64,000 nt of DNA from Octopus vulgaris (GCA_951406725.2 OX597833.1:54374001-54438000), one strand, 5' to 3'. Counted from the stretch's first letter, positions 28,078-41,773 are shown. The notes: generated by a model from the sequence alone, not told the origin. A program made the numbers and translations.

Positions 28078-28164
<87 letters not shown>

Positions 28165-28669
28165 TACTTCTATACATATATATATATTTTAAAAGTAAAT
28201 TGCAATGATTTTGAAAAGCACATTGCTTTGGGGAAGTGTAGAGGATATAGAAGTATAGAGTTTAATGGTGAAGGTTTCAAACCTTGCTGAGATCTTCTTT
28301 ATCTTTTTGTAGTTTTTGGCTTTCAGTAAAATCAAAAATGCTCTCACATAAATAATACTCCTTTTGCATGGCCACAATCTAAAAATTCTAAACATCGTGC
28401 TGCGTATTAACTATGTGTTGTTTTGGTGTTGTTTTTGTTGATGTTTAGTTCAAGGTCATCATATCCTTGTTTTTTTTTTATTGCTATTCAGATATAGTGT
28501 ATCTGGGACAATATTATCAAGTATACACATAGGGTGTGGTTGGAAAGGGATTTACTTGCTTTTTCTAGCCATTTGAGTGACTGCATAGACCCCCCCCACT
28601 CTGCCATCTTTCATAGAAAACATAGGAATAAATTATGTAATGTTCAAATTGAGCAAATATATATATATT

Positions 28670-28848
28670 TTCCTTTGGTTTTTCTCTCCCTGTTTCTCTC
28701 CTCGTTTTTTTCTGTGTCCCTTTCCGTAGAAGAGCGTAGGCTCGAAACGTAAAAGACTTTTTATATTCCTGAGTGTTATACTAATACATCTGTTTGTTTT
28801 GTACACCACCTGTCTTCGTCTTTTGTTTTTTTTTTCGTAAACTCTCCC
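28670..28848 (+). mobile_element. HHR-like element family P
   Basis: Near-identical to 25838-26007 with core CCGTAGA. Flanked by (TA)n. Confidence 0.85.
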
Positions 28849-28937
28849 TATATATATATATATATATACACACACACGTATATATTGTTTGTAAAAAGAC
28901 TAAATATGGAAGAAGCACACTCTTTAGAGCAGAATGT

Positions 28938-29143
28938 ATTAAAAATGGGGATGATCAGTTTATGGGATTACCTTAGGCTTTCTATGCATAAAGCTTTATG
29001 GCATATCATTAAGATCTCTTAAAAATTTAGAGGACCTCCATATTTTTAAGAGGTCTTTGGTCAAAAGGTTTTTGGGATCTGACAATATGCCATAATGCTA
29101 AACCTGAGGTAACCTCATAAAGTAGCCTACCCCATATTTAATA
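28938..29143. mobile_element. Diverged foldback/MITE
   Basis: TAAAAATGGGG..TTTATGGGATTACCTTAGG..TATGGCATAT is mirrored by ATATGCCATA..CCTGAGGTAACCTCATAAA..CCCCATATTTA. Confidence 0.65.
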
Positions 29144-29148
29144 TATAT

Positions 29149-29311
29149 GGGCGTAGGAGTGGCTGTGTGGTAAGTGGCTTGCATACCAACCACATGGTTC
29201 CGGGTTCAGTCCCACTGCGTGGCACCTTAAGCAAGTGTCTTCTACTATAACCTCAGGCCGACCAAAGTCTTGTGAATGGATTTGGTAGATGGAAACTGAA
29301 AGAAGCCCGTC

Positions 29312-29312
<1 letters not shown>
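29149..29312 (+). mobile_element. SINE family A head
   Basis: GGCGTAGGAGTGGCTGTGTGGTAAG...CCGGGTTCAGTCCC. Other heads at 30198-30355 (-) and 43843-44006 (+). Confidence 0.85.
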
Positions 29313-29357
<45 letters not shown>

Positions 29358-29409
29358 ATGTGTGTGTGTGTGTGTGTTTGTGTATATGTTTGTGTGTCTG
29401 TGTTTGTTT

Positions 29410-29650
29410 GAAACTCTTGAGGCTGTTACAGTACAAGTTTTGGAAAGAGCACAAGTGTGCAAAGCTGAAAATGGCTGCCATTTAAGGAATGTCATTTTTC
29501 GTATGTTGTGTAGTACTGTTGCAAAATTTGCCTTGTGCATATTAATTTCCATTATGTCCTTTATATTGTATCAAAATGTCATGCATTTATTTGTAGAGTT
29601 AAGGAAGTTATTAAAAATTGAAACCCATCAGTGACTTCTGGGACACACTG
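29410..29650 (+). mobile_element. 3' end of a Tc1/mariner-superfamily element
   Basis: CKAENGCHLRNVIF C-terminal motif followed by TIR-like CTTCTGGGACACACTG|TA. Confidence 0.55.
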
Positions 29651-29668
29651 TATATATATATATATATA

Positions 29669-29840
29669 TAGCGACTACATACATTTTTTTTCTCTCCTTG
29701 TTTTTTCTGTGTCCCTTTCTGTAGAAAAGCGTAGGCTCGAAACATAAAAGACTTTTTCTATTCCTGAGTGTTATACTAATACATCTGTTTGTTTTGTACA
29801 CCACCTGTCTTCGTCTTTTGTTTTTTTCGTAAACTCTCCC
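29669..29840 (+). mobile_element. HHR-like element family P
   Basis: Same ~170-bp unit with the CTGTAGA core, between (TA)n tracts. Confidence 0.85.
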
Positions 29841-29847
29841 TATATAT

Positions 29848-29883
<36 letters not shown>

Positions 29884-29889
<6 letters not shown>

Positions 29890-30186
29890 ATCACCGTGAC
29901 CGGCCAGGCTATCATATGTTGCTACACATCGCTGGTCACAATGCACTTCACATTGTTTTAGCCTTCAAATAACGCCACCCTGCTGGCTAAGCGAGCAGGC
30001 CAACAGAAGAAAGAGTGAGAGAAAGTTGTGGCGAAAGAGTACAGCATGGATTGCCACCACCCAATGCTGGAGCCTCGTGGAGCTTTAGGTGTTTTCGCTC
30101 AATAAATACTTACAACGCCCAGTCTGGGAATCGAAACTGCAATCCTACAACCGTGAGTCTGCTGCCCTAACCACTGGGCCATTGCC
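29884..30186 (-). mobile_element. SINE family C, tail type 2
   Basis: Reverse complement of 26042-26356. Confidence 0.85.
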
Positions 30187-30841
30187 CATATGAACACAAC
30201 GGGCTTCTTTCAGTTTCCATCTACCAAATCCACTCACAAGGTTTTGGTCAGTTCGAGGCTATAGTAAAAGACACTTGTCCAAGGTGCCACATAGTGGGGC
30301 TGAACCTGGAATCATGTGGTTGGGAAGCAAGCTTCTTACCACACAACAGCCACACTTCACAGTGAAATCAAACCAGGAGCTTCACGGTCGCAGAGCAAAC
30401 TTCTTAACCGCAGAGCTATTCCTGTTTCTTCTTATATTTTAGCTAAAAATTAACTAAAAGTAGAATAAAATAAAGCTGTCCACTTTGTGATGTATAAGAT
30501 GAACACCAAGGATGGTGTTTGAAACTCATCCTCTTTGTGTTAAGCAGCTTCATCTCTCAACAAGTGAAAAAAGAAAACAGCGAAATATTTATCACATGAT
30601 ATCAACATAAAACTCTATGTGTGTTTGTGTGTGTGTGTGTTATCCAGAATTAGTGAATTTTACTTGAGCTGTAGCTTTGCGATACTCGTAAGATGCATGA
30701 AATTTTGCTTTACAGAACAATGGAGCCTTAAATTTAGTGATAATGCGATAAATACTATATTGTGATAAAAGTAAATTCAATTTAGCTTACAGTTATATTA
30801 TCTTTTGTGGAATGGCTGTATCGCAATTATTTTTCTGTAAA

Positions 30842-32146
30842 CGTGTGAGTAAGGAAGGAGTGGGTGTCGTAACAATTGATTTTACAGCTAGATGTTGTGC
30901 TAACAATTAACCAATCAGCTGTGAGGTAGAAGAGGAGACAGTTTTCATCTACCAGGTAAATTAAGACATACAGAGTTGTGAAGGTGCATGGCTCAGTGGT
31001 TAGAGTGTCGAGCTTATGGTTGTGAGGTTGTGAGCTCGAATCCCGGACCGGGCTGCGTGCTGTGTTCTTGAGCAAGACACTTTATTTCACGTTACTCCAG
31101 TTCACTCAGCTGTAGAAATGAGTTGGGATGTCACAGGTGCCAAGCTGTATTCCCTTGGATAACACTGGTGGTGTGGAGAGGGGAGGCCGGTATGCATGGA
31201 CGACTGCTGGTCTTCCATAAACAACCTTGCCCGGACTTGTGCCTAAGCGTGTGGGTAGGAAGGAGTGGGTCTCGTAGCAATTGATTTTACAGTTAGATGT
31301 TGTGCTAACAATTAACCAATCAGCTGTGAGGTAGAAGAAGAGACAGTTTTCATCTACCAGGTAAATTAAGATATACAGAGTTGTGAAGGTGCATGGCTCA
31401 GTGGTTAGAGCGTCAAACTTACGATCGCAAGGTTGTGAGCTCGAATTCTGGACCGGGCTGCGTGCTGTGTTCTTGAGCAAGTCACTTTATTTCACGTTGC
31501 TCCAGTTCATTCAGCTGTAGAAATGAGTTGCAACGTCACAGGTGCGAAGCTGTATCGGCCCCTTTGCCTTTCCCTTGGATAACACTGGTGGTGTGGAGAG
31601 GGGAGGCCGGTATGCATGGGCGACTGCTGGTCTTCCATAAACAACCTTGCCCGGACTTGTGCCTAAGCGTGTGGGTAGGAAGGCGTGGGTGCCGTAGCAA
31701 TTGATTTTACAGTTAGATGTTGTGCTAACAATTAACCAATCAGCTGTGAGGTAGAAGAAGAGACAGTTTTCATCTACCAGGTAAATTAAGACATACAGAG
31801 ATGTGAAGGTGTATGGCTCAGTGGTTAGAGCGTCGAGCTTACAATCATGAGGTTGTGAGCTTGAATCCTGGATCAGACTGCGTGTTGTGTTCTTGAGCAA
31901 GACACTTTATTTCACGTTGCTCCAGTTCACTCAGCTGTAGAAATGAGTTGCAACGTCACGGGTGCCAAGGTGTATCAGCCATTGCCTTTCCCTTGGATAA
32001 CACTGGTGGTGTGGAGAGGGGAGGCTGGTATGCATGGGCGACTGCTGGTCTTCCATAAACAGCCTTGCCCGGACTTGTGCCTGAGAGGGTAACTTTTTAG
32101 GTGCAATTCCATGGTCAGTCATGACCGAAGGGGGTCTCAACAGAGT
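30842..32146 (+). repeat. Tandem triplication of a ~135-bp flank plus SINE family D
   Basis: Units start at 30842, 31248 and 31668 (periods 406 and 420). Only the third SINE is complete. Putative TSD ACAGAGT at 30970-30976 and 32140-32146. Confidence 0.9.
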
Positions 32147-32411
32147 AATATAGCTTGTTTCTATATTTATTATTGTTTCAAATCCCATCAAGAACCACTT
32201 TGCTTTTCATATAACCAGGGTCAATAAATAAAGTGTTATTCAAGTATGTGCGTGTTTGTTTCCAATGTCAAGTTTTCCACCCAGGTATGGGTTGGATGAG
32301 AAGTTATTTGAAGTAGGCCCACCCTAACACCTCCCAACCAATATTCTTATCTCTTTCTAGTTCCATCCCAACAAGTCCCACTTTTTCTTTTATAATAAAG
32401 TAAAAATAAAA

Positions 32412-32735
32412 GATCCTTTTCAATCATGAATGGCCAAGGGACTGCACCTAAAAAGTTACCCTCCAAGGCACAAGTCTGGGCAAGGTTGTTTATGGAAGAC
32501 CAGCAGTCACCCATGCATACCAGCTTCCCCTCTCCGCGCCACTGATATTATACATGGGAAAGGCAAAGGCCGATACAGCTTGGTGCCAGTGACATCACAA
32601 CTCATTTCTACAGCTGAGTGAACTGGAGCAATGTGATATAAAGTGTCTTGCTCAAGAACACAGTCTGGTCTGAATCTTGAACTCACTCCCTCATGATTGT
32701 TAGCCTGACACTCTAACCACTGAACTTATGTGCCT
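32412..32735 (-). mobile_element. SINE family D
   Basis: Reverse complement of 31802-32138. Confidence 0.85.
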
Positions 32736-32847
32736 TTCTCTTTTATAATAATAGTGAAATTATGATATACAATGCTCAGGTGCACTACGAAAATGTGGCT
32801 TGCAAACCACCTGAGAGAATCGAACCCCTTACCTCTCACTCAACTAG

Positions 32848-32885
<38 letters not shown>

Positions 32886-32888
<3 letters not shown>

Positions 32889-33285
32889 CACAAGAGTGGT
32901 TGTGTGGTAAGAAGCTTGCTTCCCAACCCCGTGGTTCTAAGTTCAGTCTCACTGCATGGCACCTTGAGCAAGTGTCTTCAACTATAGCCTCAGGCTGACC
33001 AAAGCCTTATGAGTGGATCTGGCAAATGGAAACTGAAAGAAGCCCATCGTATATATATGTGTATGGATGTATGTATTTGTGTTTGTTCCCCCACCATTGC
33101 TTGACAACCGATGTTGATGTGTTTACTTCTATGTAACTTAGCAGTTCAGCAAAACAGACTGTTTGAAGAAGTACTAAGCTTATAAAGAATAAGACCTGGG
33201 CTCGATTTGCTTGACTAAAGACAGTGCTCCAGTATGGCCACAGTTTAATGACTGAAACAAGTAAAAGAGAAAAAGAATAAAAGAA
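32886..33285 (+). mobile_element. SINE family A, full length
   Basis: Head, TA/TG linker and tail all present. Confidence 0.85.
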
Positions 33286-33502
33286 TATATACATATTTGA
33301 AAAAATGAGTAGAGATGGCTTTTTCGCTGGAATAATTTATATTTTAATTTCAATAATAATGTTTACAGTGTGTTCAAGGGCCCGGGAATAGGGAGTGTAG
33401 CAGGTGCATCTGCACCCTTTGGAATTTTCAGGTGGTGCAAGATCAAAATTTGCACTCCCTACATAATTTTACCAGTTTCAGAAAATAGTGTCTAAAAAAT
33501 TA

Positions 33503-33723
33503 TCTCTTTTGCTCTTTTACTCTTTTACTTGTTTCAGTCATTTGACTGCAGCCATGCTGGAGCACCGCCTTTAATTGAGCAACTAGACCTCGGGACTTAT
33601 TCTTTGTAAGCTCAGTACTTATTCTATCTGTCTCTTTTGCCGAACCGCTAAGTGACGGGGACATAACACACCAGCATCGGTTGTCAAGCAATGCTAGGGG
33701 GACAAACACAGACACACAAACAT

Positions 33724-33758
<35 letters not shown>

Positions 33759-33930
33759 CATATATACAACGGGCTTCTTTCAGTTTCCGTCTACCAAATC
33801 CACTCACAAGGGTTTGGTCGGCCCGAGGCTATAGTAGAAGACACTTGCTCAAGGTGCCACGCAGTGGGACTGAACCCAGAACCATGTGGTTGGTAACCAA
33901 GCTACTTACCACACAGCCACTCCTGTGCCT
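33503..33930 (-). mobile_element. SINE family A, full length
   Basis: Reverse complement of the family consensus seen at 55779-56140. Confidence 0.9.
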
Positions 33931-34582
33931 GTATAAGATGCTTGAAGCTAGATTTCGTTTCAAAGCAAAAACAAAGAACAAAAATAAATATATAAAAGTG
34001 ATGAAGCTGGGCTTAAAATTCCCATGGGAATTTATGATTAACCAACATCTGAAGCAAAGTAGCTTCAAAATAAAAAGTATATGACAACAACAACAGTAGC
34101 AGCAAACAACAAGAACTAACAACATGACCAGCATCTATAGCTACTCTTCAATACATAGCATTACTTGGATTCTTGAAGACAGCTCTATTCTGACAAAAAT
34201 AACTCCGAAATCTTGCAATGCTGGAAATGTGTGAAGGTTCTAGTCCTCTCTCTATCTGTCACCTCCCTCAAGTTCTTTGTAGTTGATGTCGCTAAAGACT
34301 GACGACAAGGATGGGTACTTCATGGAAAATTCCGATGATTTCATGGTAAGTTCCGGGGGTTGGACTTCCTAGAAAGTTCCGAGGATATGGACTTTCTGGA
34401 AAATACCGAGGATTTCATGTAAGGTTCTAAAATATTTATTACGTCAATTCGCTTGCATTTCTAACTTCAAATGTCTCACTTGGTATTTATCATAGAATTG
34501 GTGGTTTTTAAAGCTTTGACTTTGATTTTTAGCAAGTAGTATCTTTACCCTTCTTTTCTTCAAATATATGATATATATATGA

Positions 34583-34642
<60 letters not shown>

Positions 34643-34763
34643 TCATATATATATCATATATTTGAAGAAAACATACACACACACATATATATATATAGAG
34701 AGAGAGAGGGAGAGAGAGAGAGAGAATGACTCTCCCCCAACACAACAGTATATAAATATATAT

Positions 34764-34971
34764 AGGCGTGGCTGTGTGGTAAGTAGCTTGTTTACCAACC
34801 ACATGGTTCCGGGTTCAGTCCCACTGCATGGCACTTTGGGCAAGTGTCTTCTGCTATAGCCCCGGGCTGACCAATGCCTTGTGAGTGGATTTGGTAGATG
34901 GAAACTGAAAGAAGCCCGTCGTATATATGTATATATATGTATATATATGTATATATATGTATATATGTATA

Positions 34972-35012
<41 letters not shown>

Positions 35013-35207
35013 TTGTGTGTGTGTGTTTGTGTGTCTGTGTTTGTCTCCCTAGCATTGCTTGACAACTTAGCGGTTCGGCAAAAGAGACCGATAGAATAAG
35101 TACTGGGCTTACAAAGAATAAGTCCCAGGGTCGATTTGCTCAATTAAAGGCGGTGCTCCAGCATGGCCGCAGTCAAATGACTGAAACAAGTAAAAGAGTA
35201 AAAGAGT
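34764..35207 (+). mobile_element. SINE family A
   Basis: Head, expanded TA linker and a tail with a small deletion. Confidence 0.9.
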
Positions 35208-35604
35208 ATATATATATATTAAATATATATATATATTCAGCCATTGTAAAGTGGAATAGGTAACTGACCTGATAAATGTAGTGTGACAAATGTCCCCAGG
35301 TAAACAGCAGGTCTTCGTAAATAATATGTTTAATTTTAGACTGTGTTGCATTAAAGTGTTGAGAATGAAACACCTTTCGCTGGATATCTGTTACCAGACC
35401 ATTGTTGGTGGCTGGCAATTCCCTGAACCGCTAATTCTTTCCATACAAACAGGTGATCTGAAGCATGCAAAGGAGTTAAATGTCCTGCCTGAAGACACAA
35501 TCAGATGTCCGCAGTGGACATAAAATCACCTGCGGGGAAGAAATTTCAATGCATATCATAATCAGTAATAGCCATTTTTCTCTCTTCATCTCTCTTCATA
35601 TATC

Positions 35605-35677
<73 letters not shown>

Positions 35678-35687
35678 CAACAACAAC

Positions 35688-35721
<34 letters not shown>

Positions 35722-35723
<2 letters not shown>

Positions 35724-35935
35724 CCTTTCTACTATAAGCAGAAGGCTTGGATTTTTGTTGGGAGGGGGTCAATTGATTAAATTAACCCCAGTACACAACT
35801 GGTACTTAATTTATCGACCCCAAAAGGAAGAAATGCAAAGTTGACCTTGGCAGAATTTGAACTCAGAACATAGTGACAGACGAAATACCACTATGCATTT
35901 CACCTGAAATGCTAATGATTCTGCAGCTCGCAGCC

Positions 35936-35938
<3 letters not shown>
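35722..35938 (-). mobile_element. SINE family B variant within (AAT)n
   Basis: Matches 8466-8670. Confidence 0.8.
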
Positions 35939-35972
<34 letters not shown>

Positions 35973-36343
35973 TAATAATTCCAGGTCTGCAAATCAAAAC
36001 CAGTCCTACAACCGCGACTTCACTGCCCTAACCACTGGGCCATTGTGCATTCATGGATAATTACTAGGCTTACAAAGAAGGTTGATTTGTTTGACTAAAG
36101 GTTGTGCTCCAGCATGGCTGCAGTCAAATGACTGAAACAAATAAAATAATAAAATAATGGTGCAAAGATGGGTACAATGATTCTATAAATATAGGAGATA
36201 AACACTCACACCAGATGAGGTATATTTCCAAGATGATCAAAGACTTGTGAGTGAATTTGGTTGACATAAATTCAAAGAAAGTTGTCAAGTGTATATCAAT
36301 ATATATATATGTGTTTGTGTGTGTGTGTAACAGTGGGTGTGTG

Positions 36344-36491
36344 CATTATTTACATTATTTACCTTTGACGGATATTTGTCCTCATCGTGTTTGTTGATAT
36401 ACCCTCCAGCCTTCTTCAGGTATCTTGGGGGAATTTCGAACCTGGGTTCTCATTCGTAAGGTATTTTTCAATGTTATTATTATTATTGTTG

Positions 36492-36522
<31 letters not shown>

Positions 36523-36619
36523 CATTAGTGTTATTATTATTATTCAGGTCACTGCCTGGAATCAAACTCGGAATCTTGGGGTTAGTAGCCTGCACTTATA
36601 ACCACTACGCCATGTGCCC
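36344..36619 (-). mobile_element. tRNA-headed, hammerhead-bearing SINE-like element, copy 2 (HHR 3' half deleted)
   Basis: Minus strand: GGGCACATGGCGTAGTGG (A box)...GAGTTTGATTCC (B box), (AAT)n, then a tail homologous to 3095-3240. CTGAAGA is retained but about 20 nt including GAAACGTT are missing. Confidence 0.8.
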
Positions 36620-36685
36620 ATGGGCAATTATGGAGTGAATTTTAGGGTTTACAAATCCAATATTTACCTATCCTTTCTTAATACT

Positions 36686-36912
36686 ATACTCTTTCACCAC
36701 AACTTTCTCTCTCTTCCTTCCTGTTTCTGTCATACCTGTATTTCAAAGGGCCAGCCTTGTCACACACTGTGTCACGCTGAGTCTCCTCAAGAACTACGTT
36801 AAGTGTACATGTGTCTGTGGAGTGCTCAGCCACTTGCATGTTAATTTCACGAGCAGGTTGTTCTTTTGATCGGATCAACTGGAACTCTCGTCGTCGTAAC
36901 CGACGGAGTGCC
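36686..36912 (+). mobile_element. SINE family C tail type 1, 5'-truncated
   Basis: Matches 5488-5722. Confidence 0.8.
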
Positions 36913-37652
36913 ACGATGTATGTATATATGTATGTATGCATGTATGCATGGATGCATGTGTGTATGTGTGTGTATGTATGTATGTATGTACATACTATGT
37001 ACCTATGTATGTGTATGTGTGTATGTATGTATGTATGTGTGCGTGTATGCATATATGTATGTATTTATGTATGCATGCATGTGTGTATGTGTGTGTATAT
37101 ATGTGTGTATGTATGCATGCATGTGCTCATGTTTGTGCGTGTGTATATGTTTGTATACATGTGTGTATGTATATGTATGTATTTTATATTATTTGATACA
37201 TAAGCGAGCTCACACACACCTTGTATTATGCATATATATTTAAATGCATGTTTCTAAATATGTGATACATTTACAGCAATAATGCTAATGTATATACATG
37301 TATATATGTATATATGTTCAAGTATATGTGTGTGCATATTTACACATTTATGTATTGATATATATATATATACTACATATATATGTTTTTCCACATCTCA
37401 TATTTATATATTCATATCTATATATATGTATGTGTATATATATATATATATATATGTGTGAGTATGTGTGTGTGTGTGTGTGTGTGTGTATACACACATA
37501 TATATATTTATACATAGATAGATATATTCATATATATATATATGTAAATATATATATACATATATATATATATATTTATATATATATTTATATATGTATA
37601 CATATATATATGTATTTATATATATGCATATATATATATATATGCATATATA

Positions 37653-37705
<53 letters not shown>

Positions 37706-37810
37706 TATACCTATATATGTATACATGTGTATATATATTTATATATATATATATATATACATACATATGCACACATATATATATGTATGTATACATATAT
37801 ACATATATGC

Positions 37811-37848
<38 letters not shown>

Positions 37849-38134
37849 CCTTTTAACCTCTTTTCAGTGGCAACAACAAAGCTTCCAAAAATTCCACTCT
37901 TTGATCAATAACTGTGAGATCTATAATTGATCTGGTATGGAGTGGAAATTAGATTATTGGGGTGGTTCGACGTGGTGTCGTGTGGATGGGCTCTGGGTGT
38001 GGTTGTGGGGTGGAGAAAGCTTTCAATCAATGAAGACTAGGTGATACAAAGGAGAGAATCAATAGAAAGAGAGGAAGAAGAAGAACAACACAAACAACAA
38101 CAGCATCAATATCATCGATAATGAATAAATATGT

Positions 38135-38137
38135 ATA

Positions 38138-38181
<44 letters not shown>

Positions 38182-38257
38182 AATGATGATGATAATAATA
38201 ATGATAATGTAGGTGATGATAAATATAATAATGATAAGAATAATAGCAATAATAATT

Positions 38258-38323
<66 letters not shown>

Positions 38324-38485
38324 ACTATAATAATGATGATGAGGAGGGAGAGGATGAAGATGATGACGATGATGATGATGATGATGATGATTACGATGGT
38401 GATGGTGATGATAACAATGATGCTAATGATAATAATAACAGCAACAACAACAACAACAACAACACTAATAATAATAATAATAATT

Positions 38486-38516
<31 letters not shown>

Positions 38517-38609
38517 TAATAATGATAATAATAATAACAACAATGATAATAACAATAATATCAACATTAGGAGCAGCAGCAGCAGTAGTTGTGGTGTTGA
38601 TGGGGGTGG

Positions 38610-38651
<42 letters not shown>

Positions 38652-38683
38652 TAATAACAATAATAATATTGATAATAATAATG

Positions 38684-38726
<43 letters not shown>

Positions 38727-38893
38727 TAATAATATTGATAATAATAATGATAATAATAATAATAACAATAATAATATTGATAATAATAATGATAATAATA
38801 ATAATAATAATAATAACAATAATAATATTGATAATAATAATGATAATAATAATAATAATAATACTAACAATAATAATATTGATAATAATATTG

Positions 38894-38942
<49 letters not shown>

Positions 38943-39065
38943 TAATAATATTGATAATGATAATGATAATAATAATAGGTATGATAATGATAGCAGCACC
39001 AGCACCATCATCACCAATAACATCAACAACGATAAAAATGACGATGATGATGATGATGATAATAG
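38135..39065. repeat. Compound (GAT)/(AAT)/(AGT)n microsatellite
   Basis: Read directly. Confidence 0.95.
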
Positions 39066-39659
39066 CAATAAAATTTCTTGGATAATAAGTCTTCTACTGA
39101 TTCTTGACAATGGAATCGAATCACTGGAGATTGGTTCAGTTTTTAAATGCGATAAAATCCATCAAGTTTCAACTCTTTTGTTGTTCATTTGCGATTAGCT
39201 CTGCCAGATTATCTATCTGTGCACCCCTGCGCCAAATTCCCTCCGCCGCACCCCCCTACACACACATGCACACACACGTACATTAGCAAAAATACTAATC
39301 TGTGGATTACATGTAGACAATAAGACTGACAGTGATGGCAAATGGAGCAGGGGTGGGTAGGGTGGCTGGATGTCTCGTTGGGTGGTGGGTTCGAGGGGTG
39401 GGGAGTGTAGGGTGGAACGGGGGGATTCGTGGCGGTTGCGTAAGAAGTAGCTGTGATGTCTCTTTATTTAGAAAGGAAGATGTAGAGGAGGAGGAGGAGT
39501 AGGAAAATCAAGCCTGCCCTATCAGTGTGTGTGTGTGTACATAAACATGTGGCATACATGTGGCATACATGTGTGCGTGCATGTTATCCATGTACATCTG
39601 TATCAACATTTTATTTTCACACTCAGACATGCATATGTGTATATATATATATATGTATA

Positions 39660-39725
<66 letters not shown>

Positions 39726-39726
<1 letters not shown>

Positions 39727-39889
39727 GTGCAATGGCCTAGTGGTTAGGGCAGCGGACTTGTGGTCGGAGGATCGCAGTTTCGATTCCCAGACCGGGCGTT
39801 GTGTGTGTTTATTGAGCGAAAAAAAACACCTAAAAGCTCCACGAGGCTCCGGCAGGAGGTGGTGATCCCTGCTGTACTCTTTCACCACT
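39726..39889 (+). mobile_element. SINE family C head
   Basis: Matches 5337-5500 and is fused to a family A tail fragment. Confidence 0.8.
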
Positions 39890-39996
39890 CTAAAGGCGGT
39901 GCTCCAGCATGGCCGCAGTCAAATGACTGAAACATATATATATATATATATGTGTGTATATATATATATGTGTGTGTGTGTGTATGTATATGTGTT

Positions 39997-40255
39997 GTGG
40001 AGGCACGTGGCTCAGTGGTTAGGGTGTCAGCATCATGATCGTAAGATTGTGGTTTCGATTTCTGGGCCGGGCATTGCATTGTGTTCTAGAGGAAAACGCT
40101 TCATTTCACGTTGCTCCAGTTCACTCAGCTGGTAAAAATGAGTAACGCTGCGATGGACTGGCATCCCATCCAGCTGGGGAATACATACACCATTGAAACT
40201 GGGAAACCAGGCCCATGAGTCTGGCTAGGCTTTAAAAAGGGCGCATTTATTTTTT
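39997..40255 (+). mobile_element. SINE family H (V-domain-like)
   Basis: tRNA head plus GCGATGGACTGGCATCCCATCCAG. A reverse copy lies at 45600-45858. Confidence 0.85.
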
Positions 40256-40429
40256 TTATGTGTATGTATATGTTAGGAAGGGCATCCAGCTGTAAAAACA
40301 TTGCCAGATAAGACTGGAGCCTGGTGCAGCCTTCTGGCTTCCCGGATCCCCGGTTGAACCGTCCAACCCATGCTAGCATGGAGAACGGACGTTAAACGAT
40401 GATGATGATGATGATGATATATTGTATTA

Positions 40430-40656
40430 AGGCTACCATTAGTTTCATGTTAAGGAAATATCTTAATATCTTAACAATTTTTCAAACTGATCACATAGAG
40501 GATTTTCTCCATTTTAGAGACGCACACCATCCTTCCATATGATCAGCATGAGAGGTTCTTAAGATATTAAAATATTTAAGATATTTTTTTGAGACAAACA
40601 CCATCCCTCCATGTGATATTAAGATATTTTTATTAACATAAAACCAATGGTAGCCT
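40430..40656. mobile_element. MITE, possibly PIF/Harbinger-type
   Basis: TIRs AGGCTACCATTAGTTTCATGTTAA / TTAACATAAAACCAATGGTAGCCT. TTA on the left flank and CAA on the right, so the TSD is imperfect. Confidence 0.7.
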
Positions 40657-40795
40657 CAACACACAAATAAAGAAATTTTATCCACCAATGTGGTGTTGAG
40701 CACTCATTCTCATTGTTCAACATTTCAAAATGTAACCACATGTGAATCGTTGGCGATTTTATTCTTCCGTCTTCCTTTCTATTGGACTTTCGTCT

Positions 40796-40832
40796 GTTTC
40801 TGAAGAAGAGCATTGCTCAAAACGTTAAAACA
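40796..40832 (+). ncRNA. Decayed hammerhead motif related to family P
   Basis: GTTT-CTGAAGA-A-GAGC(ATT)GCTC-AAAA-CGTT-AAAAC. G12 has changed to A at a CpG. Confidence 0.65.
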
Positions 40833-40928
40833 TCTTTCTTTCCTTCTCTGAGCATCTGCTTATACTTTACATGTACCATGTCCTAGCATTGTTGTTTTTT
40901 GTGTTTGTTGTTCTTTTCTGGGATTTTG

Positions 40929-40981
<53 letters not shown>

Positions 40982-41487
40982 ACGTGTGTGTGTGTGTGCA
41001 CGTGTGTGTGTGTGTGTATGTGTGTTTTCACATCTGACTCACATACAAAGATGGCAACAACAACAGCCAAGACAACAACGATAATGATGTTCTTAAATAC
41101 AATTCAGAGATAGAGATGAAATTTAAAGATAGGATAAAGGTTTGTTTGCTATATATATATACATATATATATATATATGGTGGTGGTGGTGGTGGTGGTG
41201 GTGGTTTTCTTGATGATGATGTTGAGGCAAGAGTGGAGAAGGATAATAATAATGAAATAGTAATTGTAAAGTAAACATAGGTGTTTCATTCGTGATCCTT
41301 AAACAACCCTTCTTCAGTGACCTTTGGAGCAGGATGGGCTACTTGTCCTGAAGAATATTCTAACTGGGGCCCACCTGCTAGGTCATGTGCTGTTTACCTT
41401 GATATGAGATCACCATGTCATGCACATATGATTGTGATGCATGTGCCTGGTGTACCCTTATCAGGCAGGTAGTCATGATGGGTAATT

Positions 41488-41516
41488 TTATTATTATCAT
41501 TATTATTATTATTATA

Positions 41517-41563
<47 letters not shown>

Positions 41564-41582
41564 CATTATTATTATTATTATA

Positions 41583-41675
<93 letters not shown>

Positions 41676-41732
41676 ATTATTATTATTATTATTATAATTA
41701 TTATTATTATAATTATTATTATTATTATTATA

Positions 41733-41773
<41 letters not shown>

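Noticed and set aside
30977-31050. tRNA genes at SINE heads (also 5337, 36545 and 39997)
   Set aside because: A/B boxes are present but cloverleaves are imperfect and continue into multicopy SINE bodies.
38131-39198. 355-aa Asn/Asp-rich ORF
   Set aside because: Compound microsatellite, open in several frames by composition alone.
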